NCBI GenBank assembly: GCA_020348985.1
Contig: CP070761.1
Location: 2,355,102 to 2,419,101 of the forward strand
Source: Candidatus Thorarchaeota archaeon
GTDB taxonomy: Archaea; Asgardarchaeota; Thorarchaeia; Thorarchaeales; Thorarchaeaceae
Direction of reading: 5' to 3'
Length of the DNA: 64,000 bases
Both the position numbers and the translations under genes were made by a program. The notes beneath the pieces are model-generated. The model ran no database searches. It was given only the letters and a program-made list of their open reading frames with translations, and was not told the DNA's origin. Shown here in pieces: positions 9,642 through 20,423 of the stretch. Within the stretch, counting starts at the first letter, position 1. The number at the start of each line of letters is the position of its first letter.

Positions 9642-10586
9642 TCAGGCCCCTCCTTCCCTTTTTGGAATGATTAGACCTCCCTCCAGCTCGACTCTTCCGT
9701 CTTCGACAAGTATGTCCAAGTGCTTCTCAACCATCAGTTCCTCGAAGAAGTAGAATGCATCAATTGGGATTCTCGGGTAGATGGTTGGCACCTTGACAAG
9801 CTTTGAGACCGTGTTGTATCCCTGCGCAACAAGCTTTAGCAAACGCTCCTCTCGAACGTCGATGACGTGTAGATAGTCTTCGAGTCGTTGTCGCAGACCT
9901 TCAGTGACTGGATTTATGAGATGGCTACTGATACCAACTTTCGGGTCAAGGTCCAAGACTCTTCTTATTGAGTTCTTGAAGAATCGAACGTCGCTGGTCA
10001 CATTGCCATACCAGGGCCCAAAGTTGGTTAGGTCGATATCAACTAGAAAGATAGTATCATTTCCGTTTATCCCAAAGCATGTATGGTCTGCTGAGTGCCC
10101 CGGAGAGTGAATTGGAAGGAGCGTGGTCTCCCCACATGATATTGGGCTGCAATCATGAAAGGTCCCGCTGACTTCATAGCTCATTTTTACGTGGGGGACC
10201 ACAGCCTCGACATACTCAATCCAATCATTGTGGAAATGGTGATCACCTATACCAATGAGGTCTACCAGTCCGCGAAATGACCGTACTCCTGCTTCTGCCA
10301 ATGTATGACACAGAACCTCACACTCGGATTCTTTCTGAATGAAGGCTGCATATCCCTTGTGGTCAATATGAAAATGAGTAAGGACTATTCTGTCCAAGTC
10401 ACGTATCTCGTGTCCAAGGTCCTTCATAGTCTTCCTTACATGATCTATGTTGGAACCCGCGTCCACTAGGGTTAGTATTTCATCATCAATAAAGAGGCAG
10501 TTCGCCTCAGGAAATCTGGCATTGTTTGAACCACGAATCAAGTGGACTTTTGGCTGGATCTCACTATGGATCGGATAGTCACTCAT
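9642..10586 (-). CDS. MBL-fold metallo-hydrolase
   Basis: THFHIDH motif, PGHSADH, C-terminal helix-turn-like tail. Confidence 0.88.
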   Translation of the reverse strand: MSDYPIHSEIQPKVHLIRGSNNARFPEANCLFIDDEILTLVDAGSNIDHVRKTMKDLGHEIRDLDRIVLTHFHIDHKGYAAFIQKESECEVLCHTLAEAGVRSFRGLVDLIGIGDHHFHNDWIEYVEAVVPHVKMSYEVSGTFHDCSPISCGETTLLPIHSPGHSADHTCFGINGNDTIFLVDIDLTNFGPWYGNVTSDVRFFKNSIRRVLDLDPKVGISSHLINPVTEGLRQRLEDYLHVIDVREERLLKLVAQGYNTVSKLVKVPTIYPRIPIDAFYFFEELMVEKHLDILVEDGRVELEGGLIIPKREGGA

Positions 10587-10693
10587 TTCTTCTCGCAGCT
10601 TGTGAGATGCAATCTGGGTCTAGTTAAAGCTAGCTCTATTCATGAAATACCTAGAATTCATATGAAGGAAGGTAATCACAGCTTGGCCTGAGA

Positions 10694-12169
10694 GTGAATG
10701 CGGTGAGCGGGAAGAGCCAGCGTCTTTTTGCTGTGTTTGATATCGGCACTACAGGCACACGATCAGTACTTGTAGATGAAGAAGGACGCGAGATTGGGAA
10801 GGCCTACGAGGAGTATCCAACGGCACCAAGGGAACTTGGCATCCACGAGCAACTTACAGAGACGTACTGGAGGACTTCCTCAGTCACAATGCAGAGAGCC
10901 TTGGCCAAGGCCAATCAGTCTCAAGAAGATGTTGTTGCAGTCATTGCTACAACGACAAGAGATTGCCTTACACTTGTCGACAAGGATGTGAATCCTTTGG
11001 CTCCAACTGTAACATGGCAAGACAATCGGACAACCGAGAAAGCCGAGGAATTGGCCGAGGAGCTCGGCCCTAGAAGAAGCATCAAGAGGCTGCTTTGGTT
11101 TCAACAGGAGCGACCCGAGATATTTGAGAAGGCTGCCAAATTCATCTACCTAGACGCCTACATCAATTACAGACTATGTGGTGCGTTGGTGAGCGATCCA
11201 TCGAATGCTCGCTTTGGGCCTGTTGATCATAAGACTCTAAGATGGTCGGAAGAACTATGTGATGTCACTGGAATTCCAATTGACAAATTGGCGACAATAG
11301 AGTCTCCAGGTGTCATGATCGGGGAGGTCTCAGGAGAGTCTTCGAAAGCCACAGGTCTTAGAAAGGGCACACCTGTGATTATGGGGAGCGGTGATCAGCA
11401 GTGTTCTGCCCTAGGAACGGGCACAATCGAGAATGGGCGTGTCAAGGCGACCACTGGTACCGGTACATTTGTCATAACACAGACTGATGAGTTCATAGAG
11501 GATTCCTACATCATGTTCAGTAATCCTGCAGCAATTCCAGGAAGGTGGATTTTGGAAGGAGTCATACCAGGAACAGGAATGGCTTACAAGTGGTATCGAG
11601 ATAACTTCTATAGTGCAATGTCCGTCGCAGCGGTTTCAGCTAACGAAAACATCTATGGAATAATGGAGTCATCTGCTGCGGAAGTTCCTGCAGGTAGTGA
11701 TGGCCTAGTCGTTTTCCCATTCATGCCATACAACAAGGGAATCATCTACAACCTCGGCTTTGATCATTCTCGAGCACACTTGGCAAGGGCGATCATGGAG
11801 GCAAATGGCTATGGTATACAGATGTATATCGAGATGATGGAAGGGACACTTGACATTGAATTCGAAGAAATCGTGATTGACGGAGGGGCTGCCAATTCGA
11901 CCCTGTGGCGGCAGATACAGGCCGACTGCACAAACAAGACTGTTGCAGTTCCCGAAGTGAAGGATTCAACAGTCATAGGGGCCGCCATTTTGGGCACTGT
12001 AGGGTCAGGGATTTACAGCACATATGAAGAGGCGGTTTCGAACATGGTAAGCATCGAAGAAAGACGACAGCCCATTCCTGAACACGTCAGAATCTACAAA
12101 GAGAGATACGAAGTCTTCAACAAGCTCTTGATTGCCGAAATGGCCCACTTAGTTGGAGAATCCTCTTAG
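10694..12169 (+). CDS. FGGY-family carbohydrate/polyol kinase (xylulokinase/glycerol kinase-like)
   Basis: DIGTT, WQDNR, GDQQ, TGTG, DGGAA motifs. Confidence 0.9.
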   Translation: MNAVSGKSQRLFAVFDIGTTGTRSVLVDEEGREIGKAYEEYPTAPRELGIHEQLTETYWRTSSVTMQRALAKANQSQEDVVAVIATTTRDCLTLVDKDVNPLAPTVTWQDNRTTEKAEELAEELGPRRSIKRLLWFQQERPEIFEKAAKFIYLDAYINYRLCGALVSDPSNARFGPVDHKTLRWSEELCDVTGIPIDKLATIESPGVMIGEVSGESSKATGLRKGTPVIMGSGDQQCSALGTGTIENGRVKATTGTGTFVITQTDEFIEDSYIMFSNPAAIPGRWILEGVIPGTGMAYKWYRDNFYSAMSVAAVSANENIYGIMESSAAEVPAGSDGLVVFPFMPYNKGIIYNLGFDHSRAHLARAIMEANGYGIQMYIEMMEGTLDIEFEEIVIDGGAANSTLWRQIQADCTNKTVAVPEVKDSTVIGAAILGTVGSGIYSTYEEAVSNMVSIEERRQPIPEHVRIYKERYEVFNKLLIAEMAHLVGESS

Positions 12170-12384
12170 TCTGTTTTGACAGCGCAAATCAGGAATGCAG
12201 ATGTGAAAGACCTGCCCCACTTGTCTAATCCTGCCGAAGTCCATCTGTTCTTGGTTCCGTTTCTTCTTCCTCACGGCTCTTTGCTTTCATCCGAAACTCT
12301 TGTATTGACAGTCTGTATCCGCCTATGCGCAAGTTGCAGGAACCACACAACTCCAAAAAATCTTGAAAGGAGGACCGAAAAGCC

Positions 12385-14037
12385 ATGACCAAGTCTGACG
12401 TAGTTGTCGTTGGTGGAGGTAGCACTGGTACGGCTGTTGCAAGAGATTGCGCCCTGCGAGGGCTGAAGACATTGATGTTGGAACGAGACGACATAGCTTC
12501 CGCCACAGTTGGAACATGTGCAGGAATGATCTCTTCAGGTCTCAAGTATATGGACGAACCTCACATCGTTGACATGTGTTCGCAAGAGGTTGTCCATCTG
12601 AATAGAATCGCTCGTCATATCGTGATGAAGAACCCGATTCTTACGCCAATGTTGGAATTGAGCGATCTTTCGTCCGGAGGAAGTTTCGCCGAGGAGTATT
12701 CAAAACGAGCTGCAAAGAGAGAAGTCCCTCCAGTTCTCTTTCTGACACCCGAAGATTCTCTCAAGATCGAGCCGAAGCTCAACCCCAACATAATCGCTAG
12801 TATGTACTTCGAGGAGTTCTTCATCGATCCATTTCGGCTTTGCATGCTGCAGGCAATAGATGCTCAGAGGGCAGGCGCGCTGATTCGCACATACTGCGAG
12901 GTCATTGACATCACGGTGAAAGACGACTCAGTCGATGAAGTACTGTTTTACGACCGCGTCAAAGGGGATATTGAGCGGGTGAAAACGAAGACGGTCGTAA
13001 ATGCCGGAGGTCCTTGGGCGCCGGGAATTGCCAAGATGGCAGAATCAAATGTCGAGATTCGTCCAAACAAGGGCGCACATGTTATCCTAGACCGCAGAGT
13101 TGTAAACGTGGGCATCATTGCCAAGGCTGTCGACGGTCGAATGATCTACCTCTTCCCCCATGAGAACACAGTCCTTCTCGGGACGACCGCGTTGGACACA
13201 TGGGAAGATCCAGATACTCTCGTGGCGTCACACGACGAAATCGAGTACTTGCTACAAAGCATGGAGTGGGTAGTGCCATCTATTCGAGAGGCAAGGATTA
13301 TCCGAACAATGGCGGGCGTTCGCCCTCTAGTTGCGAACTGGAAGGTTCCTGAAGACAAAGTCACAAGAGGTTACGAAACCATTGACCATGAATTCGAAGA
13401 CGTCAGAGGCTTGTTCAGCTTCACAGGCGGCAAGCTTGTCATGTGCCGTCACATGGCCGAAACTGTCACGGACCTGGTCTGCGAAAAGCTAGGAGTGAAA
13501 CACAAGTGTACTACTCATGAAATTCCGCTTCCGGGAATGGAGGCCGATGTAGACATTCTTGCTTTTTCTGCTGATTATGGGATAAGTCAACACGCGGTTG
13601 AGAGACTGAGAGCAAGAAGAGGGACCGAGATGACTCGTGTTCTCGAGCTCACTAGAGAGAACCCAGACTGGCGAACCACGATTTGTGCTTGCGAACCAGT
13701 GCTAGAGGCCGAAATCCGCTATTCAATACGAGAGGAGTTCCCACAGAACTTGAATGATTTGAGGCGAAGAGTTCGACTCGGCACCGGTCCATGCCAAGGC
13801 ACTTTCTGCACATACAAGGCGTCTGCAATTCTGATGGAAGAACTGGATCTTTCGGGTGAGGGCTTCAAAGTTGACATTCTGGATTTCTTGGCTGAACGGT
13901 GGAAAGGTAAGCGTCAGTCATTCAGAAGAGAACAGCTCGTTCAGGAGGAGGTGACCCAAGGCATGTACACATGCGTGGCGAACCTCGACCAATCCGAAAT
14001 TGAATATGACCCAAAGCCATGGGAGGGATCGATCTGA
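12385..14037 (+). CDS. glpA: Anaerobic glycerol-3-phosphate dehydrogenase subunit A-like
   Basis: GGGSTG..ARDCALRG, NAGGPW, AGVRPL, GGKL; C-terminal [2Fe-2S] CACE...GTGPCQGTFC. Confidence 0.88.
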   Translation: MTKSDVVVVGGGSTGTAVARDCALRGLKTLMLERDDIASATVGTCAGMISSGLKYMDEPHIVDMCSQEVVHLNRIARHIVMKNPILTPMLELSDLSSGGSFAEEYSKRAAKREVPPVLFLTPEDSLKIEPKLNPNIIASMYFEEFFIDPFRLCMLQAIDAQRAGALIRTYCEVIDITVKDDSVDEVLFYDRVKGDIERVKTKTVVNAGGPWAPGIAKMAESNVEIRPNKGAHVILDRRVVNVGIIAKAVDGRMIYLFPHENTVLLGTTALDTWEDPDTLVASHDEIEYLLQSMEWVVPSIREARIIRTMAGVRPLVANWKVPEDKVTRGYETIDHEFEDVRGLFSFTGGKLVMCRHMAETVTDLVCEKLGVKHKCTTHEIPLPGMEADVDILAFSADYGISQHAVERLRARRGTEMTRVLELTRENPDWRTTICACEPVLEAEIRYSIREEFPQNLNDLRRRVRLGTGPCQGTFCTYKASAILMEELDLSGEGFKVDILDFLAERWKGKRQSFRREQLVQEEVTQGMYTCVANLDQSEIEYDPKPWEGSI

Positions 14038-15404
14038 TGAACCTTGAAGCAGACATAGTCATTGTCGGTGGAGGAATGGCGGGTCTTGTCGCAGGGACCA
14101 TTGCTAGCGAGGGCGGCCTTAGTTCGATTGTTCTCCGAAAGGGCGAAAGCGCAACATCAATGTCTTCAGGTGCAATCGATGTTGTCGGCTATCTTCCCGA
14201 CGGAACAATCCCTTTTGAGTCGCCAAAGGAGGGGCTTGTTGCCCTGGCAAGTCTTTATCCATTTCATCCATACAGCATTCTCGGTTTCGGAGAAGGCAAA
14301 CCAGCCTTTGCCGAGAAGGTAATCACTGGAGTAGAAGCAGCTGTTGGATGGTTGAAGGACAAACTCAAAGATTCAGTGGCCAAGATTGTTGGTGGCCTAG
14401 ATTCAAACATCCTATCACTCAGCATCCTTGGAACCACCAAACCAACTTGTCTGATTCAGGAAACAATGGTCTCTGATGGATTTGCTAACGAATTTGATTC
14501 TACTCTGTTGTTTTTGGGAGTCAAGGGTTATCCCGACTTCTTCGCATCCGCCGCAGCCAAGTCATTCCTAGAGCAATCAGAGATTGAGCAGGAAGGGCCG
14601 CGCAAGGTTGCCCACTCTACAGTCAGAATCTCTCCATTTGGCAACACCTGCAACATATCCGCTTCCGAAATCGCTAGACATCTTGATCACGATGACGCGC
14701 TCGGAGAGCTGCTTCCACAGATCAAAAAGACCGTGGATACTTTGGGCGCGACACATGTTGCACTGCCCCCCATACTTGGAATCAAAAATGCGCGAGGTAA
14801 CAGACAGAGGATCGAAGAGGAGGTAGGAGCAATTGTCTTCGAGCTGCTGGCCTTTCCACCCTCGATACCTGGTCTAAGACTTCAGAGGGCGTTGGAGGAA
14901 ACGTACAGAAAGTCTGGGGGACAGCTTCTTCTAGGTCACGAGGCCCTGTCAGCATACAAAGAGAAGAACCGATATGTCAGTGTCCAAGCGGGCGCCCCAC
15001 GACGTTCAATTCGCATTTCAACAAAGGCAGTTGTCAGCGCAACTGGGAAGTTCATTGGGGGTGGTCTCAGAGGCGCTGAAGACGGTTTGACCGAAACTGT
15101 GTTCAACCTTATGACAGTGACTGGAAATCTCATTCAAGCTGACAACATAAGGCCGTACGATTACACAAGTCCCTTCGCAGTAGACACTGGCGGACATTCG
15201 ATCTTCTCATGTGGTCTTACTGTGGACCCCCAATTTCGTCCCGTAATGCCAGATGGACAACCGGATGCTGACAATCTGTTCGCTGCAGGAAGCACATTGG
15301 CTGGCTATGACTATCTTGTCGAGAAAAGTGGTCTCGGTGTTGCCCTTGTCTCAGGGTTCTATGCAGGGAAGAATGCAGCCGATGCCGCAAAGGAGGTTGA
15401 CTGA
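14037..15404 (+). CDS. glpB: Anaerobic glycerol-3-phosphate dehydrogenase subunit B-like
   Basis: GGGMAG, SSGAID, PPSIPGLRL, ATGKFIGGGL, NLFAAGS. Confidence 0.88.
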   Translation: MNLEADIVIVGGGMAGLVAGTIASEGGLSSIVLRKGESATSMSSGAIDVVGYLPDGTIPFESPKEGLVALASLYPFHPYSILGFGEGKPAFAEKVITGVEAAVGWLKDKLKDSVAKIVGGLDSNILSLSILGTTKPTCLIQETMVSDGFANEFDSTLLFLGVKGYPDFFASAAAKSFLEQSEIEQEGPRKVAHSTVRISPFGNTCNISASEIARHLDHDDALGELLPQIKKTVDTLGATHVALPPILGIKNARGNRQRIEEEVGAIVFELLAFPPSIPGLRLQRALEETYRKSGGQLLLGHEALSAYKEKNRYVSVQAGAPRRSIRISTKAVVSATGKFIGGGLRGAEDGLTETVFNLMTVTGNLIQADNIRPYDYTSPFAVDTGGHSIFSCGLTVDPQFRPVMPDGQPDADNLFAAGSTLAGYDYLVEKSGLGVALVSGFYAGKNAADAAKEVD

Positions 15405-15406
15405 GT

Positions 15407-16645
15407 ATGGGCGAGGAAGAGGCCTACGAATTCGTCACTTCAACATTAGAGAAGGAAAGAATAGAACCCTATACTCGAGAAGAGAGTGAAGTAGTTCACT
15501 CAGTGCAGCAATGCATCAATTGTGGAATATGTCTCAGTCACTGTCCAGTCGTCGCTGCAGTTGGCATATATCGGTTCAGCGGGCCGCGTAGTATTGCAGT
15601 AGAGCTGAGTCGATCACCTCCAGAGTTCTGGGCCACAGGAGATACCATATACCTCTGCACTGGTTGCGGTACATGCATGGAGGTGTGTCCCAAAAACGTC
15701 AACATCCCTGAGATTGTCAACATGATGAGATCTAGGATATTGCGGTTCCGTCCAGACTTGGTGCCCAAAGGATTGCATGTTGTGAGAGAGACAATTCTTG
15801 AACACAATCTCGCTTTTGTACCTCTGGAGGACGTTGAGGATAAGACAGAGAGTCGCGACATGAGGCTAGAGCACTACGGACTTCCTCTGATCGAGACCCC
15901 TGAAGAAGCCAAGAGTGAGGTCCTATATTATCCGGGTTGTCAAGCAGAAGAACGATCTCAAGAGGTCAGAGAAGCTGCCAAGATCATCCTTGACAGGTTT
16001 GAAGTTGGCTTCACGATGCTTGAAGACATGTGTTGCTGCGGACTTCCATCCCGTCTCATGGGAGACAAGGACACAGCTGAGAAACTTGCTTCAAGACTGA
16101 AACAAAGGATCGATGAACTTGATATCAAGAAGATTGTGACAACGTGCGCTGGCTGCACTTCTAACATTGGAGATGCAAGCTTCGCCTACGACTGGAATGT
16201 GCCGGTTCTCCATTTGGTTGAGTTTCTGACCGATGAAGTCGGAACCGACAAACTGGCAAAAGCGTTCACAAAACCTCGGGGCAAAGAAAAAGTTAAGGTC
16301 ACTGTTCATGACCCATGTCATCTTATTAGACACACTTCACGTCAGCTCATGGACAAGGCGCTTCTTCTTCTCGATTTGATTCCTGACGTGAAGGTTGAAG
16401 TATCTACGGCAGCTGACTCCTGTTGCGGTGGCGGTGGACTCGTGGCTTATCACTCGAAGGATGTTTCCAAGGCAGTTGTTAAAGAGAATCTGGAGGCCAT
16501 TAGATTGCTGGAAGCACAACGGGTTGTTACTCCATGTCCCCTTTGCACAGCACAGTTAGAAGACAATCTCTTCCAAAGTGGCAGTTCCATTGAAGTGGAT
16601 GATCTGACCGTTTTCATTGCTCAACGGCTATCAAACAAGGGATGA
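15407..16645 (+). CDS. glpC: GlpC-like Fe-S protein (2x 4Fe-4S + two CCG domains)
   Basis: Two CxxCxxCxxxCP motifs, CCG motifs, HDPCH; follows glpAB. Confidence 0.8.
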   Translation: MGEEEAYEFVTSTLEKERIEPYTREESEVVHSVQQCINCGICLSHCPVVAAVGIYRFSGPRSIAVELSRSPPEFWATGDTIYLCTGCGTCMEVCPKNVNIPEIVNMMRSRILRFRPDLVPKGLHVVRETILEHNLAFVPLEDVEDKTESRDMRLEHYGLPLIETPEEAKSEVLYYPGCQAEERSQEVREAAKIILDRFEVGFTMLEDMCCCGLPSRLMGDKDTAEKLASRLKQRIDELDIKKIVTTCAGCTSNIGDASFAYDWNVPVLHLVEFLTDEVGTDKLAKAFTKPRGKEKVKVTVHDPCHLIRHTSRQLMDKALLLLDLIPDVKVEVSTAADSCCGGGGLVAYHSKDVSKAVVKENLEAIRLLEAQRVVTPCPLCTAQLEDNLFQSGSSIEVDDLTVFIAQRLSNKG

Positions 16646-16652
16646 GTTCAAT

Positions 16653-18080
16653 ATGTTAGACGGAAAGACAAAGAGCGGAATGGCAGAAAGACTCGCGAGT
16701 ATTGTTGGTTCTGACAATGTTACCTTGCTAGAGACAGATGCAGTATTGAACGCACATGACGCCTGGCCTTTGAGTGAAGCGAAGATACGAACAGGGGAAC
16801 TGTTGCCGATAGCAGACGTAATAGTCTTCCCTGAAACTGCCCAAGAGGTTGCCGAGATTCTTGCTGTTGCTTCGGAAATGGAAGTTCCCGTAGTTCCTGT
16901 TGGTGGAGGTGCTGGAACATGCGGTGGGACTCTGCCAATCTACGGAGGAATCCAGCTCGATCTAAAACGAATGGACAAGATTCTGCACATAGATGAGAAG
17001 TCAATGCTTGTCCGAGTTCAGGCTGGTGTCATTGGAATTGAACTCGAAGAGGAAGTGAACCGTTTAGGATACACTACCGGTCATACCCCGACGTCACTTC
17101 GTGCATCAAATGTAGGGGGTTTCATAGCCACAAGATCTGGAGGTTCGATGTCTTCGCTCTATGGAAAGATCGAGGATTTGACTCTCGGGCTTGAAGTCGT
17201 TCTACCCAACAGTAAGATTATCAGAATGAAACCCATGCCACGTCATTCTGTGGGACCGGACCTTAGACAGTTGTTCATAGGTTCTGAAGGAACCCTTGGA
17301 GTCATAACTGAGGCAACACTCAGACTCTTTCCGAGACCTGAACTGCGTCGTTTTCGAAGCATGGCTTTTCCTGACGTTCACAGAGGTCTAGAAGCTATCC
17401 GCAGAATCTTCAGAGACGGAATCACACCTTCGGTTGTGAGGCTCTATGACCCTGAGGACACGGCCATCAGTATGAGCAATCATTTTGAGATTCAAGATGG
17501 AGATTGTATGCTCCTCCTGGCATTCGATGGTCTGAGGGAGATTGTTGCATTAGATGAGGAGAAGGCAGTAAAGATCTGCCTCGAACATGGTGCAAAGGAC
17601 TATGGCGAGGGCCCATCAAAACGTTGGTGGGAACATCGGTATGACATGTACTATCCCACAGAACTGACAACATCTGGCTTCTCAATAGGAGATACCATAG
17701 ACATTGTCGCACCTTACGACAAGCTTGAGACGGTGTACTATTCAATGAAGGCAGCTATGGAGAAACATGATGCTTTTGTGATGTCACATTTCTCTCACAT
17801 GTATCAAAATGGTGGGAGCATCTACATGATCTTCTTCACTTCTCAGCGAGATGCCAAGACTGCTTGGGAAGTCTACAAAAGAATCTGGGATGATGGAGTT
17901 GCTGCTTGTCTCAGAGAGGGCGGCACGATGAGTCATCAACATGGAGTAGGTCTCTCCAGAAGCACCTACACGGAAGATGAATTGGGCTCTGCATTTCTTG
18001 TGCTGAAGATGATCAAGGCGATTCTCGATCCAATTGGAATCATGAATCCCGGGAAGTTAGGTCTGGGGGTTAAAGAATGA
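16653..18080 (+). CDS. FAD-binding oxidoreductase, alkyl-dihydroxyacetone-phosphate synthase (AGPS)-like
   Basis: GHTPTS...VGGFIATRSGG..S..YGKIED, GPDL...GSEGTLGVIT, RLYD, SHQHGVG, DPxGIMNPGK. Confidence 0.8.
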   Translation: MLDGKTKSGMAERLASIVGSDNVTLLETDAVLNAHDAWPLSEAKIRTGELLPIADVIVFPETAQEVAEILAVASEMEVPVVPVGGGAGTCGGTLPIYGGIQLDLKRMDKILHIDEKSMLVRVQAGVIGIELEEEVNRLGYTTGHTPTSLRASNVGGFIATRSGGSMSSLYGKIEDLTLGLEVVLPNSKIIRMKPMPRHSVGPDLRQLFIGSEGTLGVITEATLRLFPRPELRRFRSMAFPDVHRGLEAIRRIFRDGITPSVVRLYDPEDTAISMSNHFEIQDGDCMLLLAFDGLREIVALDEEKAVKICLEHGAKDYGEGPSKRWWEHRYDMYYPTELTTSGFSIGDTIDIVAPYDKLETVYYSMKAAMEKHDAFVMSHFSHMYQNGGSIYMIFFTSQRDAKTAWEVYKRIWDDGVAACLREGGTMSHQHGVGLSRSTYTEDELGSAFLVLKMIKAILDPIGIMNPGKLGLGVKE

Positions 18081-19186
18081 CAGACTCGGAAAAGACTGCA
18101 CAACAGGTGCGGATGTGTGCGGCATGTCCTAAGATGTGCAGACATGTATGCCCCACATTCTTTGCATGGCGGTCAGATTCTCCGACACCCCATGGGCGGG
18201 CTCTTCTCCTTCACCATGACAATCTTGGACTCAGACAGCTTGATGAGCGAGCAGTTGAGGTAATCTACCAGTGTTTGGAATGTAGCCACTGTCTGACTTG
18301 GTGTCTGCCTGAGATAGATATCGCAACCATTGTTGAAGATGCTCGCAGGATATTGGTTTCTCAGGATCGATTTCCAAAAGGCTTGGAAACCATTCGCTCT
18401 TCCGTCCTGTCAAATCACAATCCGTTTTGTGAACCACACGAGAAGCGAGTTGCCAAGATCAGATTCAAGAAGACTAAATCGGCTGACGTAATCTACTTCA
18501 CAGGTTGTACTGCAGCCTACCGAGAACACGGAATTGCCAATGCCAGTATCGAGGCTCTTAAGGAGTTCGGGTTCAACGTTTCAATCCCTGATGACGAGTG
18601 GTGCTGTGGGTCTCCGTTGCTAAGGACTGGCTTCACTTCCGAAGCTCTCGAACAGGCTCGACACAACGTTGAGATTCTCAACGAAATGAGTGGAGAGACT
18701 ATCCTTACAACTTGTCCTGGCTGCTACCGTGTTCTAACACAAGATTACCCCGTCAATGATTTGAGGATTGAGAAGCCAGTCATGCATCTAAGCCAGTTTC
18801 TTGCAAAACACATTGACAAGGTGCCAAAAGGCAATCTCGCCGGTGGAGTGACCTTCCACGATCCATGCCATCTGGGGAGACACTGCGGTGTCTACGAAGA
18901 GCCAAGATTAGTCATCGAGCGAATCACAGGTGAGTCCGTGAAAGAGATGGAGCGTAGTCGCGACAATGCAATGTGCTGTGGTAACGGAGCGGGTTTCAGG
19001 ACACTATTCAGCTCTCAGGCCAAGAAGATTGGTGGTGAGCGAGTCAGACAGGCTGCATTGACAGGATCACGTTACTTAATCACTGCATGTCCATTTTGCA
19101 GGAACCTCCTGGCCTCTGAGGCAGGAGAAACACTCGAAGTCCTAGATCTCCCAGAGCTAGTGATGACTGTTTTGAGAAAGAGATGA
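18077..19186 (+). CDS. Fe-S oxidoreductase, CCG/HdrD-GlpC family
   Basis: CAACPKMCRHVCP, CLECSHC, WCCG, HDPCH, MCCG; ATGA overlap. Confidence 0.85.
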   Translation: MTDSEKTAQQVRMCAACPKMCRHVCPTFFAWRSDSPTPHGRALLLHHDNLGLRQLDERAVEVIYQCLECSHCLTWCLPEIDIATIVEDARRILVSQDRFPKGLETIRSSVLSNHNPFCEPHEKRVAKIRFKKTKSADVIYFTGCTAAYREHGIANASIEALKEFGFNVSIPDDEWCCGSPLLRTGFTSEALEQARHNVEILNEMSGETILTTCPGCYRVLTQDYPVNDLRIEKPVMHLSQFLAKHIDKVPKGNLAGGVTFHDPCHLGRHCGVYEEPRLVIERITGESVKEMERSRDNAMCCGNGAGFRTLFSSQAKKIGGERVRQAALTGSRYLITACPFCRNLLASEAGETLEVLDLPELVMTVLRKR

Positions 19187-20355
19187 AACTGGCCGTAACC
19201 GAAGATAGATTAAGCCGCCATTCAGCTGAATCTCTGAGTTTCATGGACACTGAAGACATGCTCCGTTTGAAGGTTAAGTTGCTGACAGCGGGAGCGCGGC
19301 TACCTGAAGGTGTATCGAGTGGACGAAGAGGCGGCGCTGGTCCTGTCAGAGGACGCTACTTTGTTCTCCCCAGTGGCCGCTCTTGCGGAATCCCGATCCG
19401 ACGTGGAGCAGAAGCAGAACGCTTCGGTTCCGCACCCTTGGAGCCAACTGAAGATCCGACAATCTGGCTCTATGACAGCTCCGTAGAACTACGCATGATT
19501 GAGAAACCTGATTTTCTTGGTCTCACAACTGAGGACGGTCTTCCATACTCGCAGATTGCACTTCTTCACTGCACCGATTGCTTGGCAACAACAGTCTACC
19601 AGAGCTGCAGGTATTGGGATGAAGGCACTCAATGTGCTTTCTGTACTATCCCAACATCGCTAGAGGGAGGAGATACGATACTCGACAAGAGCCCTTCCCA
19701 TATAGCGGAAGTAGTAGACTCCGCAGAGAAGAGGGGCATCATTAGACATGTTCTTCTCACAACTGGCACTCCTGAAGGAGAAGATATGGGGACTACCAGA
19801 ATGGTGAACATCATTCGGGAAATCCGGAAATCAAGTGAGATTCCTATTGGTGTCCAGTTCGAAGCACCACACGACATTTCGCTCATCGACGAAGTCGTCC
19901 AAGCAGGTGCAAGTGCCATCGGCATTCACATAGAAAGTGCTGATGAAGCTGTTCGCGAAAAGATGTGTCCAGGAAAGCATCAACATGCATCCAGAGACCT
20001 GTACATCAGAGCATGGAAACATGCTGTAGGTCTCTTGGGCAGAGGGAATGTCAGCACCTTCCTCTTGCATGGTCTAGGTGAAGACACTCAGCTTACGATG
20101 AACTTCATCGATGAGATTGCCGAAATCGGTGTCATGCCCATTCTTGCACCAGTTAGACCTGCACCCGGCAGTCATCTGGCCAACTACATTCCATCTTATG
20201 TCGGTGACCTGGATGGGTCTCTGAGAACCTACAAGAATCTTGGAAACGCTCTCTACAAGTGGGGTCTCAACCCGGACTCTTCGGTGGCAGGTTGTCAGAG
20301 TTGTGGTGGCTGTACACCTATTCATGAAGCCTACGACTGGGCTGCTTCTCTATAG
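19183..20355 (+). CDS. Radical SAM protein, MSMEG_0568 (Nit1C-associated) family-like
   Basis: RRGGAGP, LATTVYQSC, CX8CX2C (CRYWDEGTQCAFC), C-terminal AGCxxCGGC; alternative start 19243. Confidence 0.8.
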   Translation: MKLAVTEDRLSRHSAESLSFMDTEDMLRLKVKLLTAGARLPEGVSSGRRGGAGPVRGRYFVLPSGRSCGIPIRRGAEAERFGSAPLEPTEDPTIWLYDSSVELRMIEKPDFLGLTTEDGLPYSQIALLHCTDCLATTVYQSCRYWDEGTQCAFCTIPTSLEGGDTILDKSPSHIAEVVDSAEKRGIIRHVLLTTGTPEGEDMGTTRMVNIIREIRKSSEIPIGVQFEAPHDISLIDEVVQAGASAIGIHIESADEAVREKMCPGKHQHASRDLYIRAWKHAVGLLGRGNVSTFLLHGLGEDTQLTMNFIDEIAEIGVMPILAPVRPAPGSHLANYIPSYVGDLDGSLRTYKNLGNALYKWGLNPDSSVAGCQSCGGCTPIHEAYDWAASL

Positions 20356-20423
20356 ATAGTGTCGATATGGGGTCTTAACCAGAAACTTATGTATCATCGT
20401 CGTTAATTGCGTTGAGACGGTTC

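Noticed and set aside
12170-12384. Short ORFs between the kinase and glpA
   Set aside because: No motif or convincing start/RBS; probably intergenic
12385-19186. Selenocysteine recoding at TGA stops of the redox genes
   Set aside because: Each TGA falls at the expected family C-terminus and overlaps or abuts the next start
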